A DNA stretch of 64,000 nucleotides. Source: Azolla caroliniana. Taxonomy: Eukaryota; Plantae; Polypodiophyta. This document shows positions 36,641 to 49,000 of the stretch, one piece after another. The DNA is taken from contig JBHGNT010000014.1 of NCBI GenBank assembly GCA_043228905.1, positions 18,476,001 to 18,540,000 of the forward strand, read 5' to 3'. The translations under genes were made by a program, and so were the position numbers. Each line of letters begins with the position of its first letter. The stretch's first letter is position 1. Under the pieces are notes generated by a model. It saw only the letters and a list, made by a program, of their open reading frames with translations, was not told the DNA's origin and made no database searches.

Positions 36641-38170
36641 GTCTCGGTTCTCGCCACCGAGGGACTTGCGGTTTCGCTCGTGGTTCGGTCACACCGTTAG
36701 GAACTGGACCGAATGACGCTCGTCCTGACTCTTGACCCTCACGTAAGCGGACCCGTTGTCCAGCACCTTGGTCTCCATCCGCGCTGCCGTAATGTACGGT
36801 TCTCCCAGTATGACCGGGTGCGAGGACGTCTCCTGCACAAAGAAGTGCTGGTCTATCTCGACATCGCCGATCTTGATTCGCACGTTTGGGCAGGCCCCAT
36901 GTAGTTCCTCGGTGGCGCGCGTCGCCGCCCGTATCTTCCACCCGTGCTTGGTGTTGATCGGCCATTTCCCCTTCTTGTAGAAGTCCATGGACATCAGGTT
37001 TATTTCCGAACCGTGGTCCACCAGCGCCACCACCGGTTCCTGAACATCTCCGATCTTCATCGGGGTTTCCGTGGCCTCGCTGCCTCCGACCCGAATACCG
37101 GCTGACGCCAAGTAGTGGACGATCTCCGCGTGTCGGGTCGCCGCCTCTTCCATCAGCCTTTTCATTCCTCCTTGCCCGTCGTTTCGGTTCAAGGCTCTCC
37201 GGGTATCGCTGGCGTGCACCCGACCTTCCCTCAGGTACACTACCCGGCTTCTCAACGCCTCCGCAAAGTCCCCGCAATCTTTCCGGATGTGGCCGACCTC
37301 GTCGCACCACATGCACCTATTTCCTGTCGGAGGCCGTCGGTCACGAGCCTCTTCGCCACCTTCCCTCCGAGCCTGGGCGATCAGGAGATCCTTTACCACC
37401 CGTGTCAACTCCTCCAAAGTTGTTCCCCCGGACGAGCCTCAGACAACGCCGGTCGAAGCCGAACCAGTTTCGAGCCACTCCCGGGTCTCTTCCCTTCACG
37501 CCTATGTTATCGGTTCGAGCTTCCTTGCTGCGACAGGACCCGCCCCGGTTGTCCCTGTATCAGCCCACTCCCGCCGTTTGTCAAAACGGCCGCAAACTCT
37601 TTTTACCGCGGCCCAGTCGGCCGTCAGCCCGTCTTCGGTTTCCAGTAAGGAGCCCACTTGCTCCCGATCCCGTGCGTCAACCGATTTGACAAACAGTAGG
37701 ACACGACTTGTGTCCAGAACGGTTCGATCAAGCACCGAAAGGCACGCAAAGAGTTCCTCAAACTCCCGGAGGAGTACCGACGCATTTCTTCCTTTGTTGG
37801 GGGACTCCACCCACTCCATGAAGCCCCGCTTCGAAAGTCGAAGCGCGTCATCTAGCCCGTATTTCTCCAGGAGCCGTCCTTCGAACTCCTCCCAGGTCCG
37901 GCTCTCCGCCCGGACCTCGAGCACCTCCGCATGGATGCCCGACACCGCCACTCGAGGGAATCCGGCAAGACGCCTCTCTTCCGGAATATCCCTCATCAAC
38001 ATCTCCGCCCGGTAGGACGCCAAATAACTCGTGGCATCCTTTCCACTGAACCGGCCGATCGTACCGACGATCGCCTCAATAGCCCTGTCAAGGGCGCCGG
38101 TGCCCTTGCGCGCGCTCACTACCCAGTCCACGGCCGAAGTCATGGCCTCTGCAAGATCCGACCCCCTCAT
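36632..38170 (-). pseudogene. G1 gag-protease
   Basis: Zn knuckle CMWCDEVGHIRKDC; protease LVDHGSEINL...ILG; ends GAT TTT TAG. Confidence 0.87.
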
Positions 38171-39119
38171 CTTCTGCTCCTCTGCCGCCTTGTTCACGTC
38201 GGGTTCACCAAAGATGTCGCGTTACGATGCGCGTGCGTGGAGAAACAAGGCGGGACCACCGGGGTCTTGAACCGAAGAGCAGGTCATAGAAGGGGAAAGA
38301 GAAAGAGAGAGACGCCCAGTTACGTATGAGCAAAGAAACACAGGAACACGGCCCGTCAACGCGGAAGACACGAATGGACACAGAGACAGAGAGACACGAA
38401 TGTTTGTATATTAACGAATGACAAATAAACAACAGAGCACGCGAGCGGTTACAACCGAATAGGCCGGCAGACAGATGTCGATGCCTACTCGTCTGCGTAT
38501 GAAAGGGGGTAGGATGGAGGTGTTGCCGGAAGCACACGGGCGTTCCTCGAAGCAGCGCGTGCCTCCCGAAAACCTGTAGAGAAGAGCGATGGAGAACGAA
38601 CAGAGGAGAAACGTTCCGTTTCGGTCCAACAGCACTTCGTCCTCCTCAATGCCCTCTCCCCTCTCCCCGCGTCTCCCTCTCTTTTATAGCTTCAAGAAGG
38701 GAGTCGTTTCCCTCATTAACTTCCTACCTACCGAATCTAACTACCTAGGATATACCTTTGTACCTAATTCTCTATTATATACATTAAAGGGCGCGCATGC
38801 GTGAAGAGCCGGTTCACTCGCGCTATGCACCGATTGCGCTAAGGGATGGTTTTCTTCACGACACCGTCTCGCCGACCTGTTCGGCTGTAACCGTTCGAGT
38901 TATCTGCATACAGATATTTATATATGCGTTCTTATACTCTATCTCCTGCCCAACTTGTGTCTCTTGTGTTGTTGGACTGCGTTCTCGCGTGCTTCTTTGT
39001 CTATACGTATGTGAGCATGTCTCTCTCTCTCTCCTTTCGCTTCCTCGCCTATTCCTCGGTCCAAGACCCCAGTGGTCCCGCCTTGTTCTCCATGCACGCG
39101 CATAGCAACGCGACATATT

Positions 39120-39137
39120 TGGTGAACCCGACGTGAA
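39120..39137 (+). promoter_or_regulatory. PBS complementary to the tRNA-Trp 3' end
   Basis: TGGTGAACCCGACGTGAA is the rc of TTCACGTCGGGTTCACCA, recalled as the plant cytosolic tRNA-Trp 3' end; same motif in G1, G3, G4. Confidence 0.8.
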
Positions 39138-39707
39138 CAGGCGGCAGAGGAGTAGAGGATGAGGGGGTCGGACCTTGCAGAAGCCATGGCTTCGGCTGTG
39201 TGTTAAGAAAACGTGAAGAAGGCACTCGAGCTCTTCTTATGTGCGCGGCGGATCGTGGTGTGCTAGATCGTTAGCGTGCTCTAAACAGACAGAGAAAGGA
39301 AAGGGGACTTACCTCTGTAGTAGCAAAATGGTTTTCTTCTATTACATGTAGAGCTCAACTTGCTCTCGTCAGTCTTCTGGTCTCTCACTCTCTCTCAGAG
39401 TTCTCTACTCACTATTCTCTGTTTTTTCTCTTACTGCTTACTTCCTATTCACTCTCACTTACTTTTACCTAAGTCATAAGTTATTACACATGCAGCTAAT
39501 TAGCTGCCAGTAGCTAATTAGCTGTCAGTCGCTAAATAGCTGTTCACTAGCTAATTAGCTGTCACTAGCTAAATAGCTGTTCTACCTTTTGTTCACTAGT
39601 AGCTAAATAGCTACTATAGCTTATTTCTCATAAGCATCACATACCATGTTGAGCTTGCTTCTCAACACTCCCCCTCAAGCTCAACTTATTCTTGCTTGAG
39701 GTTCTCT

Positions 39708-41453
39708 TCAATCTTCTTTTCCATTTTGCTTTTTAGCCATCTCATCAATGTTTACAACTCCCATCATGTTCCGAAACTGTGTATGTTTTTCCACACTCAA
39801 TCCCTTCGTAAGGATATCAGCAACCTGCTGATTTGTATTCACATACACCAGATCAACTTCACCTTCCATCACTTTTTCTCTAACAAAGTGATAATGCACC
39901 TCAATGTGCTTTGTTCTTGCATGGAACACTGGGTTCTTTGCAAGCTGAATGCTGCTCATATTGTCACACCAGATTGTGACAGCACCATCTATATATACTC
40001 CCAGATCAGCAAGCAGTCTTCTGATCCATACTTCTTCACATGTGGCTATGGCAGCTCCTCTGTACTCAGCTTCAGTACTAGACAATGCAACAGTAGCCTG
40101 TTTCTTGCTACTCCATGAAATTCCTGCACTTCCCAAGGTAAACATGTATCCACTTGTGGATCTCCTGTCTGTTTGGCTTCCAGCCCAATCAGCATCTGTA
40201 TATCCTTCCAGATTTATGTCTAGATCAGCCCTGTAAAATAGTCCAAAGTTCTGAGTTGCTTTTACATACCTCAGAATCCTTCTGATGCAGTCCAAATGTG
40301 GCTTTGTTGGCTGTTGCATAAACTGGCTGACTAATCCAACAGCATAGCTCAAATCAGGTCTTGTTATAGTCAAATAAATAAGGCTGCCCACCATAGACCT
40401 GTACATGTTTACATCTTCTATCTTGGCTCCCAAATCAGCCCTCAACTTGCAGTTTTTATCAAGTGGTACAGCAATAGGTTTGCATCCAAGCATACCATAC
40501 TTTTTCAACATAGTTGTTGCATACTGTTTTTGCAACATACATATACCACTTTCAGATCTGATGATTTCAATACCAAGAAAATATCTCAGATCTCCCAAAT
40601 CTTTCATATGAAACTGCATTTCCAGATTTTTTTTCAACTTTCTTATTTCATCCACGGAATCTCCTCCAATAATCAAATCATCTACATAAATCAGAATAAT
40701 AACAATGCAATCATTTTCACTTTTTACATACAAAGAAGGATCAGCTTTTGACATTTTGAAACCAAGATTTTTCAGAGAATCTGAAAGTTCTCTGTGCCAT
40801 GCTCTTGGTGCCTGTTTCAGTCCATAGAGAGCTTTTTTCAGCTTACATACATAATCAGGATGTTTCTTATCTTCAAAACCTGGTGGTTGACTCATATACA
40901 CTTCTTCTTCCAAGTTACCATGTAAAAAAGCATTTTTTACATCCATGTGATGCAAAATCCATTTTCTGGCTGCTCCTACAGCAAGTAGTGTTCTCAAGGT
41001 TGCCATCTTTGCAACCGGTGCAAAAGTCTCATCATAATCAATCCCTTGCATCTGAGCATATCCTTTTGCAACCAATCTTGCTTTATGTCTACTTACATTC
41101 CCATTGGAGTCATGCTTTGTCTTGTAGACCCATTTGCAGCCTACCACATTTTTCTCTTTTGGTAACTTCACTAAATCCCACGTTTTGTTCTCAGCCAATG
41201 CATCAATCTCTTCTTGCATTGCATCCATCCATTTCTTCTCAGATTTTGCTTCTTCGAAGCTGTTTGGGTCAGGGATCTGTACCACCTTAGACATGTATGC
41301 ATAATGCATAGCCATGTATGTATCATACCCAAATCTTTCCACAGTCTTTTTCTCTCTATCTGATCTTCTCAGTTTCTGATTTGCATTCTTTATTGCCTTT
41401 TCCATACCAGGGATTTTCATTTCCTGTATTCCAAGGAAATCATCCAAAGACAT
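39708..41453 (-). CDS. Copia RT-RNase H (581 aa)
   Basis: One visible aa difference from 2647-4392 (LLAVG vs LLVVG). Confidence 0.92.
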   Translation of the reverse strand: MSLDDFLGIQEMKIPGMEKAIKNANQKLRRSDREKKTVERFGYDTYMAMHYAYMSKVVQIPDPNSFEEAKSEKKWMDAMQEEIDALAENKTWDLVKLPKEKNVVGCKWVYKTKHDSNGNVSRHKARLVAKGYAQMQGIDYDETFAPVAKMATLRTLLAVGAARKWILHHMDVKNAFLHGNLEEEVYMSQPPGFEDKKHPDYVCKLKKALYGLKQAPRAWHRELSDSLKNLGFKMSKADPSLYVKSENDCIVIILIYVDDLIIGGDSVDEIRKLKKNLEMQFHMKDLGDLRYFLGIEIIRSESGICMLQKQYATTMLKKYGMLGCKPIAVPLDKNCKLRADLGAKIEDVNMYRSMVGSLIYLTITRPDLSYAVGLVSQFMQQPTKPHLDCIRRILRYVKATQNFGLFYRADLDINLEGYTDADWAGSQTDRRSTSGYMFTLGSAGISWSSKKQATVALSSTEAEYRGAAIATCEEVWIRRLLADLGVYIDGAVTIWCDNMSSIQLAKNPVFHARTKHIEVHYHFVREKVMEGEVDLVYVNTNQQVADILTKGLSVEKHTQFRNMMGVVNIDEMAKKQNGKED

Positions 41454-41456
41454 ATC

Positions 41457-44033
41457 TCAATCTTCATCTTCCATGTTTTTTGATAGGTCATCCGGGATTT
41501 CATACTCTGGCATTTTCTGTTTTCCTTTTTTGTCATCAGATTTTTTCTGTCCAGTTTTTCCACTCCATGAATTTGAATCAGATTTACCATCTGAGCTTTT
41601 TGATGGTCCAGAACATTCTGTTGATGTTGGACTTTGCTGTCCAACCTTGTCTCCATCTCTGTGACAGTCTTCTACATTTTCTGATCTGTCTTTGTCTTCA
41701 TTTTGACAGTCTTCATCAGTCTCTAGATTCTGTTTTGGGCTGTACCAACTAGCCAACTCATCAAATATCACATCTCGACTTGTCACAATCTTTTTAGTCA
41801 CAGGGTTATAACATCTGTACCCTTTTTGTTCTTCTGAATATCCAACAAAGATACATTTTTCTGCTTTTGGATCCAACTTACTTCTTACTTCTGCAGGCAC
41901 ATGTACATATGCAAGGCATCCAAACACTTTCAAGTGTTGTAAGCTAGGCTTCCTGCCATAAAAACACTCTTCAGGAGTTGCCTCATGTACTCCTGATGTA
42001 ATACATCTATTTAAAATGTAATTTGCTGTATTTACAGCTTCTGCCCAATAGTATAATGGCATGTTCTTCTCAGTCATCATTGCCCTTGCTATGTTCACCA
42101 AAGTTCTGTTTTTCCTCTCAGCAACTCCATTTTGCTGTGGAGTATATCGGCATGTGAACTGTCTTCTTATTCCCTGATTACACAAAAAATCAGAAAATTC
42201 ATTGGAGAAATACTCTCCTCCTCCATCAGATCTCAAACATTTTATCCTTGTACCAGCCTGCTTTTCTACCATGCATTTAAACTTACGAAAACAGTCAAAT
42301 ACTTCACTTTTCTCCTTCATGAAGTACACCCATGTCTTTCGTGAACAATCATCAATAAATGTAACATAAAATCTGCATCCACCAATAGATGCATTCTTTG
42401 TTGGTCCCCATACATCTGTATGTACCAAATCCAACAGATTTTTGCTTACATGTCTTTCATGAGGGAATGGCAACCTGTTTTGCTTACCATATTGACATGC
42501 TTCACATACTTTTCCCATTTCACACTTTTTCAAGTTTGGCAGTCCAGCCACTGCATCTTTTCTCAACATATTCTTTAATGTTTGCATACTTATATGGCCA
42601 ATCCTTTTATGCCACATTTCCACATCTGAGATTACACTCGTTCCATTTGCAAACATGGCTGAAATCTGTTTGGGCATTTCTACATCCAAGATAAACATTC
42701 TTCCTTGTCTCTTCCCTTTTGCAATGAGCTTTCCATTCTTTTCTATATAGCATCCACTTTGCTTAAACTTCACTTGCATACCTTGCTCTACAATCTGTCC
42801 AACAGAAATCAGATTCTTAGCAAAGTTTGGAACATGCATCACATTCAACATATACTTGGTTTTTCCTCTTTCTTCCCACAATGGGATATCTCCAACATGT
42901 TTTATTTGGTGAGTTGTGTCATCACCTGTTTGTACATAACCAGGAACCTCTGGTTCTCTTAAACTCTCAAACCAATTTGCATGTCCAGTCATATGGTTAG
43001 ATGCCCCCGAGTCTACATACCACGTAAACTCTTCATTACATTTCTGTGAGCTTTCAGCCACTGCTGCTATCTCATGTTGCACTACAAAACCACCTTCCTT
43101 TTCACAATCTTCACTAGTAGAGGCATAGTTACTCTGTTGTCCTTTTCCTCTTTTCTCATCATTTTGTTTCTTGTAACATTCAGCCTGTGTATGGCCTGGT
43201 TTACCACAATACCAGCAGCCATCATCATTTACATAAGTTTGCTTACCTCTACTTCGGTTGCTCCCCCTGCCTCTGTTGTTGTTTCCTCCTCTATGAGCTT
43301 GTTGTCCTCTTCCTTGGAAGCCATTATTATTGGTTCTTCCTGAGCCAAATCTTCCATGGCCTCTTCCTCGGCCTCTTCCGGCATTATTATAGAGGGCTTG
43401 CCCCTCGTTCTCTGAGTTTCCTTTATTTGCATCATCCATCTGATTCCTTTCCTCTACCACAAGCATTGAGACCAGATCTGGAAAACTTGGGATACTATCC
43501 CTTGTGAGCATAGAAGTTTTAAAACTCTTGTATTGAGGTCCTAAGCCTCTTAAGCATATTTCCACTTTGTCATCATCTTCTGTCTTCACATTGATAGAAG
43601 CAAGTGATTCACATATACTCTTGATTTTTAGGGCATATTCATTTATTGACATCTTACCTTTCTCCAAGGTATTTAGCTCAGTCTTTAACTGGAGCTTTCT
43701 AGCCTTTGTGTTCACAGCAAACAGTTTTACCAAGTTGTCCCAAGCTTCTTTTGGGAGCATAGCATCTTGTATATGCCCAAGCATTGAATCTGAGATGCTA
43801 AGTGAGAGCCAATGCATTACCTTCCTTGCCCCTTGATTCCAATCTTTGAATGCTTTAATCTGTGTTGCTGTGGCATTTTCTTCTGGGATCTCTGGAGCCT
43901 CTTCTAGGTCTCCTTCAATGTAATCCCAGTATCCTTTCCCCATCAGAAAGTTTGTCATTCTGAATTTCCACGCCGGGAAATTGTTTTTATCTAATTTCTC
44001 TGTGACCATTTGGCCTACATTCTCTGCAGCCAT
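41457..44033 (-). CDS. Copia gag-protease-integrase (858 aa)
   Basis: One visible aa difference from 67-2643 (ATATQ vs ATAAQ); same terminal TGA. Confidence 0.93.
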   Translation of the reverse strand: MAAENVGQMVTEKLDKNNFPAWKFRMTNFLMGKGYWDYIEGDLEEAPEIPEENATATQIKAFKDWNQGARKVMHWLSLSISDSMLGHIQDAMLPKEAWDNLVKLFAVNTKARKLQLKTELNTLEKGKMSINEYALKIKSICESLASINVKTEDDDKVEICLRGLGPQYKSFKTSMLTRDSIPSFPDLVSMLVVEERNQMDDANKGNSENEGQALYNNAGRGRGRGHGRFGSGRTNNNGFQGRGQQAHRGGNNNRGRGSNRSRGKQTYVNDDGCWYCGKPGHTQAECYKKQNDEKRGKGQQSNYASTSEDCEKEGGFVVQHEIAAVAESSQKCNEEFTWYVDSGASNHMTGHANWFESLREPEVPGYVQTGDDTTHQIKHVGDIPLWEERGKTKYMLNVMHVPNFAKNLISVGQIVEQGMQVKFKQSGCYIEKNGKLIAKGKRQGRMFILDVEMPKQISAMFANGTSVISDVEMWHKRIGHISMQTLKNMLRKDAVAGLPNLKKCEMGKVCEACQYGKQNRLPFPHERHVSKNLLDLVHTDVWGPTKNASIGGCRFYVTFIDDCSRKTWVYFMKEKSEVFDCFRKFKCMVEKQAGTRIKCLRSDGGGEYFSNEFSDFLCNQGIRRQFTCRYTPQQNGVAERKNRTLVNIARAMMTEKNMPLYYWAEAVNTANYILNRCITSGVHEATPEECFYGRKPSLQHLKVFGCLAYVHVPAEVRSKLDPKAEKCIFVGYSEEQKGYRCYNPVTKKIVTSRDVIFDELASWYSPKQNLETDEDCQNEDKDRSENVEDCHRDGDKVGQQSPTSTECSGPSKSSDGKSDSNSWSGKTGQKKSDDKKGKQKMPEYEIPDDLSKNMEDED

Positions 44034-46058
44034 TTTTTTCTTCCAAAAAACCAGGGTTTTGCTTTAGTTACTTCAACAAGTAACTTTCTGATTTCTGATC
44101 AGCAACCAGAGAAATAACTTTCTCAGATTAAGGCACTGCTATACTCTTCCTTACGAGGTACTCTGCTCTGATACCATGTTAAGAAAACGTGAAGAAGGCA
44201 CTCGAGCTCTTCTTATGTGCGCGGCGGATCGTGGTGTGCTGGATCATTAGCGTGCTCTAAACAGACAGAGAAAGGAAAGGGGACTTACCTCTGTAGTAGC
44301 AAAATGGTTTTCTTCTATTACATGTAGAGCTCAACTTGCTCTCGTCAGTCTTCTGGTCTCTCACTCTCTCTCAGAGTTCTCTACTCACTATTCTCTGTTT
44401 TTTCTCTTACTGCTTACTTCCTATTCACTCTCACTTACTTTTACCTAAGTCATAAGTTATTACACATGCAGCTAATTAGCTGTCAGTCGCTAAATATCTG
44501 TTCACTAGCTAATTAGCTGTCACTAGCTAAATAGCTGTTCTACCTTTTGTTCACTAGTAGCTAAATAGCTACTATAGCTTATTTCTCATAAGCATCACAT
44601 ACCATGTTGAGCTTGCTTCTCAACACTGTGGATCGTACAGTGAGTGTGCGCGAAGGCACCGGCGCCCTTGATAGGGCTATCAAGGCGGTTGTCGGTACGA
44701 TCGGCCGGTTTAGTGGGAAGGATGCCACGAGCTACTTGGCGTCCTACCGGGCTGAGATGGTAATGAGGGACATTCCAGAAGAGAGGCGTCTAGCCGGATT
44801 CCCTCGAGTGGTGATTCCGGGTATCTATACGGAGGTGCTCGAGGTACGGGCTGAGAGCCGGACCTGGGAAGAGTTCGAAGGTCGGCTTCTCGAAAAATAT
44901 GAGCTTGAAGATGCGCTTCGACTTTCAAAGCGGAACTTCATGGAGTGGGTGGAGACCCCCGACAAAGGAAGGAACGCTTCGCGCGCCTCTCGGTGCTTGA
45001 CCGGATCGTTCTGGACACAAGTCGTGTCCTATTGTTTGTTAAGTCAGTTGATGAGCGGGATCGGGAGCAGGTAGGCCTCCTATTGGAGACTGATGATGGG
45101 CTGACGGCCGACTGGGCCGTGGTGAAAAGGGTCTGTGGCCGTTTCGACAAACGGCGGGAATGGGTTGACAAAGGATCGACAAGGGTGGGCTCTGTCACAG
45201 CGAGGAAGCTCGAGCCAACACCACCAACGCGAAGGGAAGAGACCTGAGATTGGCTCGAGACCGGATCGGCTTCGACCGGCATGGTCAAGGGCTCGTTCGG
45301 GGGAGCAGCTCTTGAGGAACTGACGCGGATGGTAAAGGATCTCCAGATCGCCCAGGCACAGAGGGACGGTAGTGAACAGGGCCGTGACCGACGACCTCTG
45401 GCTGGAAACAGGTGCATGTGGTGTGACGCGGTTGGCCACATCCGGAAGGTCTGCGGGGACTTCGCCGAGGCGATGAGAAGCAACGTGGTGTACCTGTGGA
45501 ATGGTCTGGTGCACGCCAGCGAAACCCGAAGGCCCCTGGACCTGAACGTCGGGCGAGGGGGTATGAAAAGGCTGATGGAGGAGGCGACGGCTCGTCACGC
45601 GGAGACTGTCCACTACTCGGCGTCAGCTGGTATTCGGGTCGGAGGTGGCGAGGCCCCGAAGACGAACAAAACCGGGTTCTGGCCGACGATGCTAGAAGGC
45701 CTCCCCGGCGCACAACTAAGGAAAGAGGAGGCGGACCGCGCGGAAAAACGGGTCCGGGAGGTGACCTGGTGGAGTGACCCGGTGCAAGAGAAGACGGGCT
45801 TCGTCGAAGCCGCTTGTCAAAACTATGAGGCTCTGGTGGAGGACAAGCGGGTAGGTAAACCCGGAGGGGCCGGGCCCTCACAACGATATGAAACTCGATT
45901 CAGGCAAAGAAGAAATGAGGCCGGTGTAACCGGCGCCCAGGATAATCCCAAGAGGGGTGAGTACCGGTTGGGCACAGAATTTGAAAAATCCACGGACCTG
46001 CGAAAGGTCCTGGAAGAACGAATCCTCGACAACAACATGGAACTGTCGTTGAGGGAAG

Positions 46059-49000
46059 TGTCGGGAATCCACTCTTCGATTCACCTTCTTCTTCCCGGCC
46101 ACAACTCAGTAATCGCAATTCAATGCAGCAGAAAATAGGAAATACAGAGAGAGAGACACGATACACTGGGATTAACGTGGAAAACCCTAAATGGGAAAAA
46201 AACCACGGGAGTCCTCAAACTCCAACTATCACTATGAACAAGAATGTACGCTGGTGAAGCTACAAGGCAACGACCTTGAGCTCACTGTCTTCGCCACAGG
46301 CGGCAGTAATACACAGAGGCAACGACCTCTTCGTCTTTCTCTCTCTCTCTCTCTCTCTCGGCTGCTCGCTTCACTCTCTCTGTGTGGAAAACAGAAAATT
46401 AAGCAACAACAACAAACTGTTTGCCCTAAGTCATATTTATACACATATGACTTTCGGGCTATTTACAAATATAACCTCAAGGGCTCTTGGCAAATATATT
46501 CACAAATATGTCCCCGCATCCGGATCTCTCTCCGGGTACACTCATCATCCGGCTCCGTAGCCGGGGTCTTCATCATCCGGCTCCGTAGCCGGGTCTTCGT
46601 CATCCGGCTCCGTAACCGGGTCTTCGTCATCCGGCTCCGTAACCGGGGTCTCTTCATCCGGCTTCATGCCGGGTACTCTTCATCATCCGGTTCCGTAATC
46701 GGAACCGGGCTTGCCGTCATTCATCTCCGGACATCCCATCCGGAGGGACCGAAATCCCAACAAACTCCCCCTTCACTTCGGCATGGGATGTCTCTCCAAT
46801 CCGATCCTCTTCCGGCATGCTTCTAGCTTGTCGGGTGTGAGCACTTTGGTCAGCATATCTGACCCGTTCTCGTCCGTGTGGATCTTCGTCAACACGAACT
46901 CCTGGTCTTCTATCCTTTCTCGGATCCAGTGATATCTTCGCTGGATGTGCTTCGTCCGGGAGTGATAGGCCGCGTTCTTCGCAAGGTGGATGGCACTCTG
47001 ACTGTCGCAGTAGAGTCGGTACTCCTCCTGCAGGATACCGAGCTCTCTAATGAAGTCCTTCATCCATATTATTTCCTTGCCGGCTTCAACAGCCGCCATG
47101 TACTCCGCCTCCGTGGTTGACAACGCAACCGTCTTCTGCAGCCTCGACTGCCACGAAACAGCTCCCCCTGCATACGTCATCACATACCCTGATGTGGACC
47201 GGCTGGTATCTGCATCAGCCGACATATCCGAATCGGTAAATCCATCGAGTTCGGGCTTACCGGAGCCGAATCGGAGGCACACATTTGCCGTGCCCTTCAG
47301 GTATCTGAGTATCCACTTGACCGCGTTCCAATGCTCTTTGCCGGGATTGCTCATGTAACGGCTCACCACTCCGACTGCATATCCTATGTCCGGTCGGGTA
47401 CACACCATCGCGTACATCAAGCTCCCGACGGCAGAGGCATATGGTACTTTCATCATGTCCTCCTTCTCAGCCTTGGTCTTGGGGCTTTGCTTCCTGGACA
47501 GCTTGCAGTTTGCCGGGAGGGTCGATCCGACCGGCCTTGCTTCCGACATGTTGAACCGGTGAAGCACCTTTGTCACGTACTTCTCCTGTGACAACCACAA
47601 CTGCTTCTTCTTCCGGTCCCGGATGATGTGCATCCCTAGTATTTGCCTCGCCGGACCCAGGTCCTTCATTGAGAAGGTTCGGTGAAGTGCTTTCTTCAGC
47701 ATCCGTATCTTGCCCTGGTCCCGTCCGACGATCAACATGTCGTCCACGTACAGGAGGAGTATTAGAAAGTCTCCTCCTTCGAACTTCTTCACAAACACGC
47801 AGTGATCGGTCTGCGTTTTGTGGTACCCTTCGTCTGTCATGAAGGAGTCGAACTTCCGGTACCATTGCCGGGGAGCCTGCTTCAGACCGTAGAGGCTCTT
47901 CTTCAACCGGCATACCAGGTGCTCCTTTCCTTTCTTCTCGAATCCTTCCGGTTGCTGCATGTAGATCTCTTCTTCGAGGTCACCGTGAAGGAATGCCGTC
48001 TTCACGTCCATCTGTTCTACCTCGAGGTCCATGCTTGCCGCTATGCTCAGCACCGTCCGGATGGAGGTCATCTTCACTACCGGGGCAAATATCTCGTCGA
48101 AATCGACGCCCTTCTTCTGCTGGAACCCCTTCACCACGATCCTGGCTTTGTATCTCGGGGGGTTTCCGGCATCTCCCGGTTTCAGCTTGAACACCCACTT
48201 GTTTCGAAGTGCCCGCTTTCCTTTCGGCAACTCCACAAGTTCATATGTGTGGTTCTCATGCAGGGAATTCATCTCCTCCTGCATGGCACTTAACCACCTG
48301 CGGCTATGTGTGTCAAGCTCTGCTTCTTCAAAATTCTCCGGCTCCCCCTCGTCGGTTAGCAGCACGTGCTCTGGTTCCGGAAATCTCCGGGGGGCCCTTC
48401 TCTCTCTTAGAGGATATCTCCGTTCCGGAGCTTCGGTAACCGGTTCTTCCGATTCTTCTTCATCCGAATCCATTTCGGGATCGGGGCCGGTTCCGGTATC
48501 ATTTTCATCTTCTTCGGCCGGTTCTGTTTCTTCACCGTCTTCGGCCGGATCCTCGAGTGCTAACCGGTCTCTTGCCGGTCGGGACTGCTCCTTGTAGAGT
48601 TGATCCTCACCAGTCGACTTGGAGCTCTTCATCTTCTTCTCCGACTCCCAGTCGGCGAGTGTCTTGTCCTCCATGAAGATGATATCACGACTCCGGAATA
48701 TCTTCTTGTCGACCGGGTCCCATACTCGGTAGCCGAACTCGTCATCACCGTAACCGAGGAATATGCATGGCCGGGTCTTTGGATCTAGCTTTCCTCTCCG
48801 GTCCTTAGCCACATGCACATATGCGAGACACCCGAACACCTTCAGATGCCGGTAGGATACTTCCCTGCCGGTCCACACTCTCTGCGGCGTGTCTCCGTCC
48901 AAAGGTACTGAGGGTGATCTGTTTATCACGTATGTCGCCGTCGACATTGCCTCAGCCCAAAACCCCTTGGGTAATTTCGCATGCGCCAGCATACTCCGGA

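Larger units (their letters stand above)
32497..38863 (-). mobile_element. Gypsy G1, inserted in the 5' LTR of G2, TSD CCGT
   Basis: LTRs 38215-38863 and 32497-33061; PBS rc 38193-38210; PPT rc 33062-33073; CCGT at 32493-32496 and 38864-38867. Confidence 0.94.
39201..44625 (-). mobile_element. Copia A', full length, TSD CTGTG
   Basis: LTRs 44177-44625 (449 bp) and 39201-39667 (467 bp); Met PBS rc ending 44176; CTGTG at 39196-39200 and 44626-44630. Confidence 0.98.

Noticed and set aside
35911-38015. Long antisense ORFs opposite gag/pol, here and elsewhere
   Set aside because: Shadow frames of GC-rich coding sequence with no recognisable motifs.
39201-44100. A' as a segmental duplication or assembly artefact of A
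   Set aside because: It has its own TSD and host and copy-specific SNPs, and homology stops at the element boundary.
46191-46826. 211-aa and 286-aa (51009-51869) + strand ORFs
   Set aside because: Antisense to the H LTRs, spanning a microsatellite and tandem repeats; the longer one simply runs into G2 gag.
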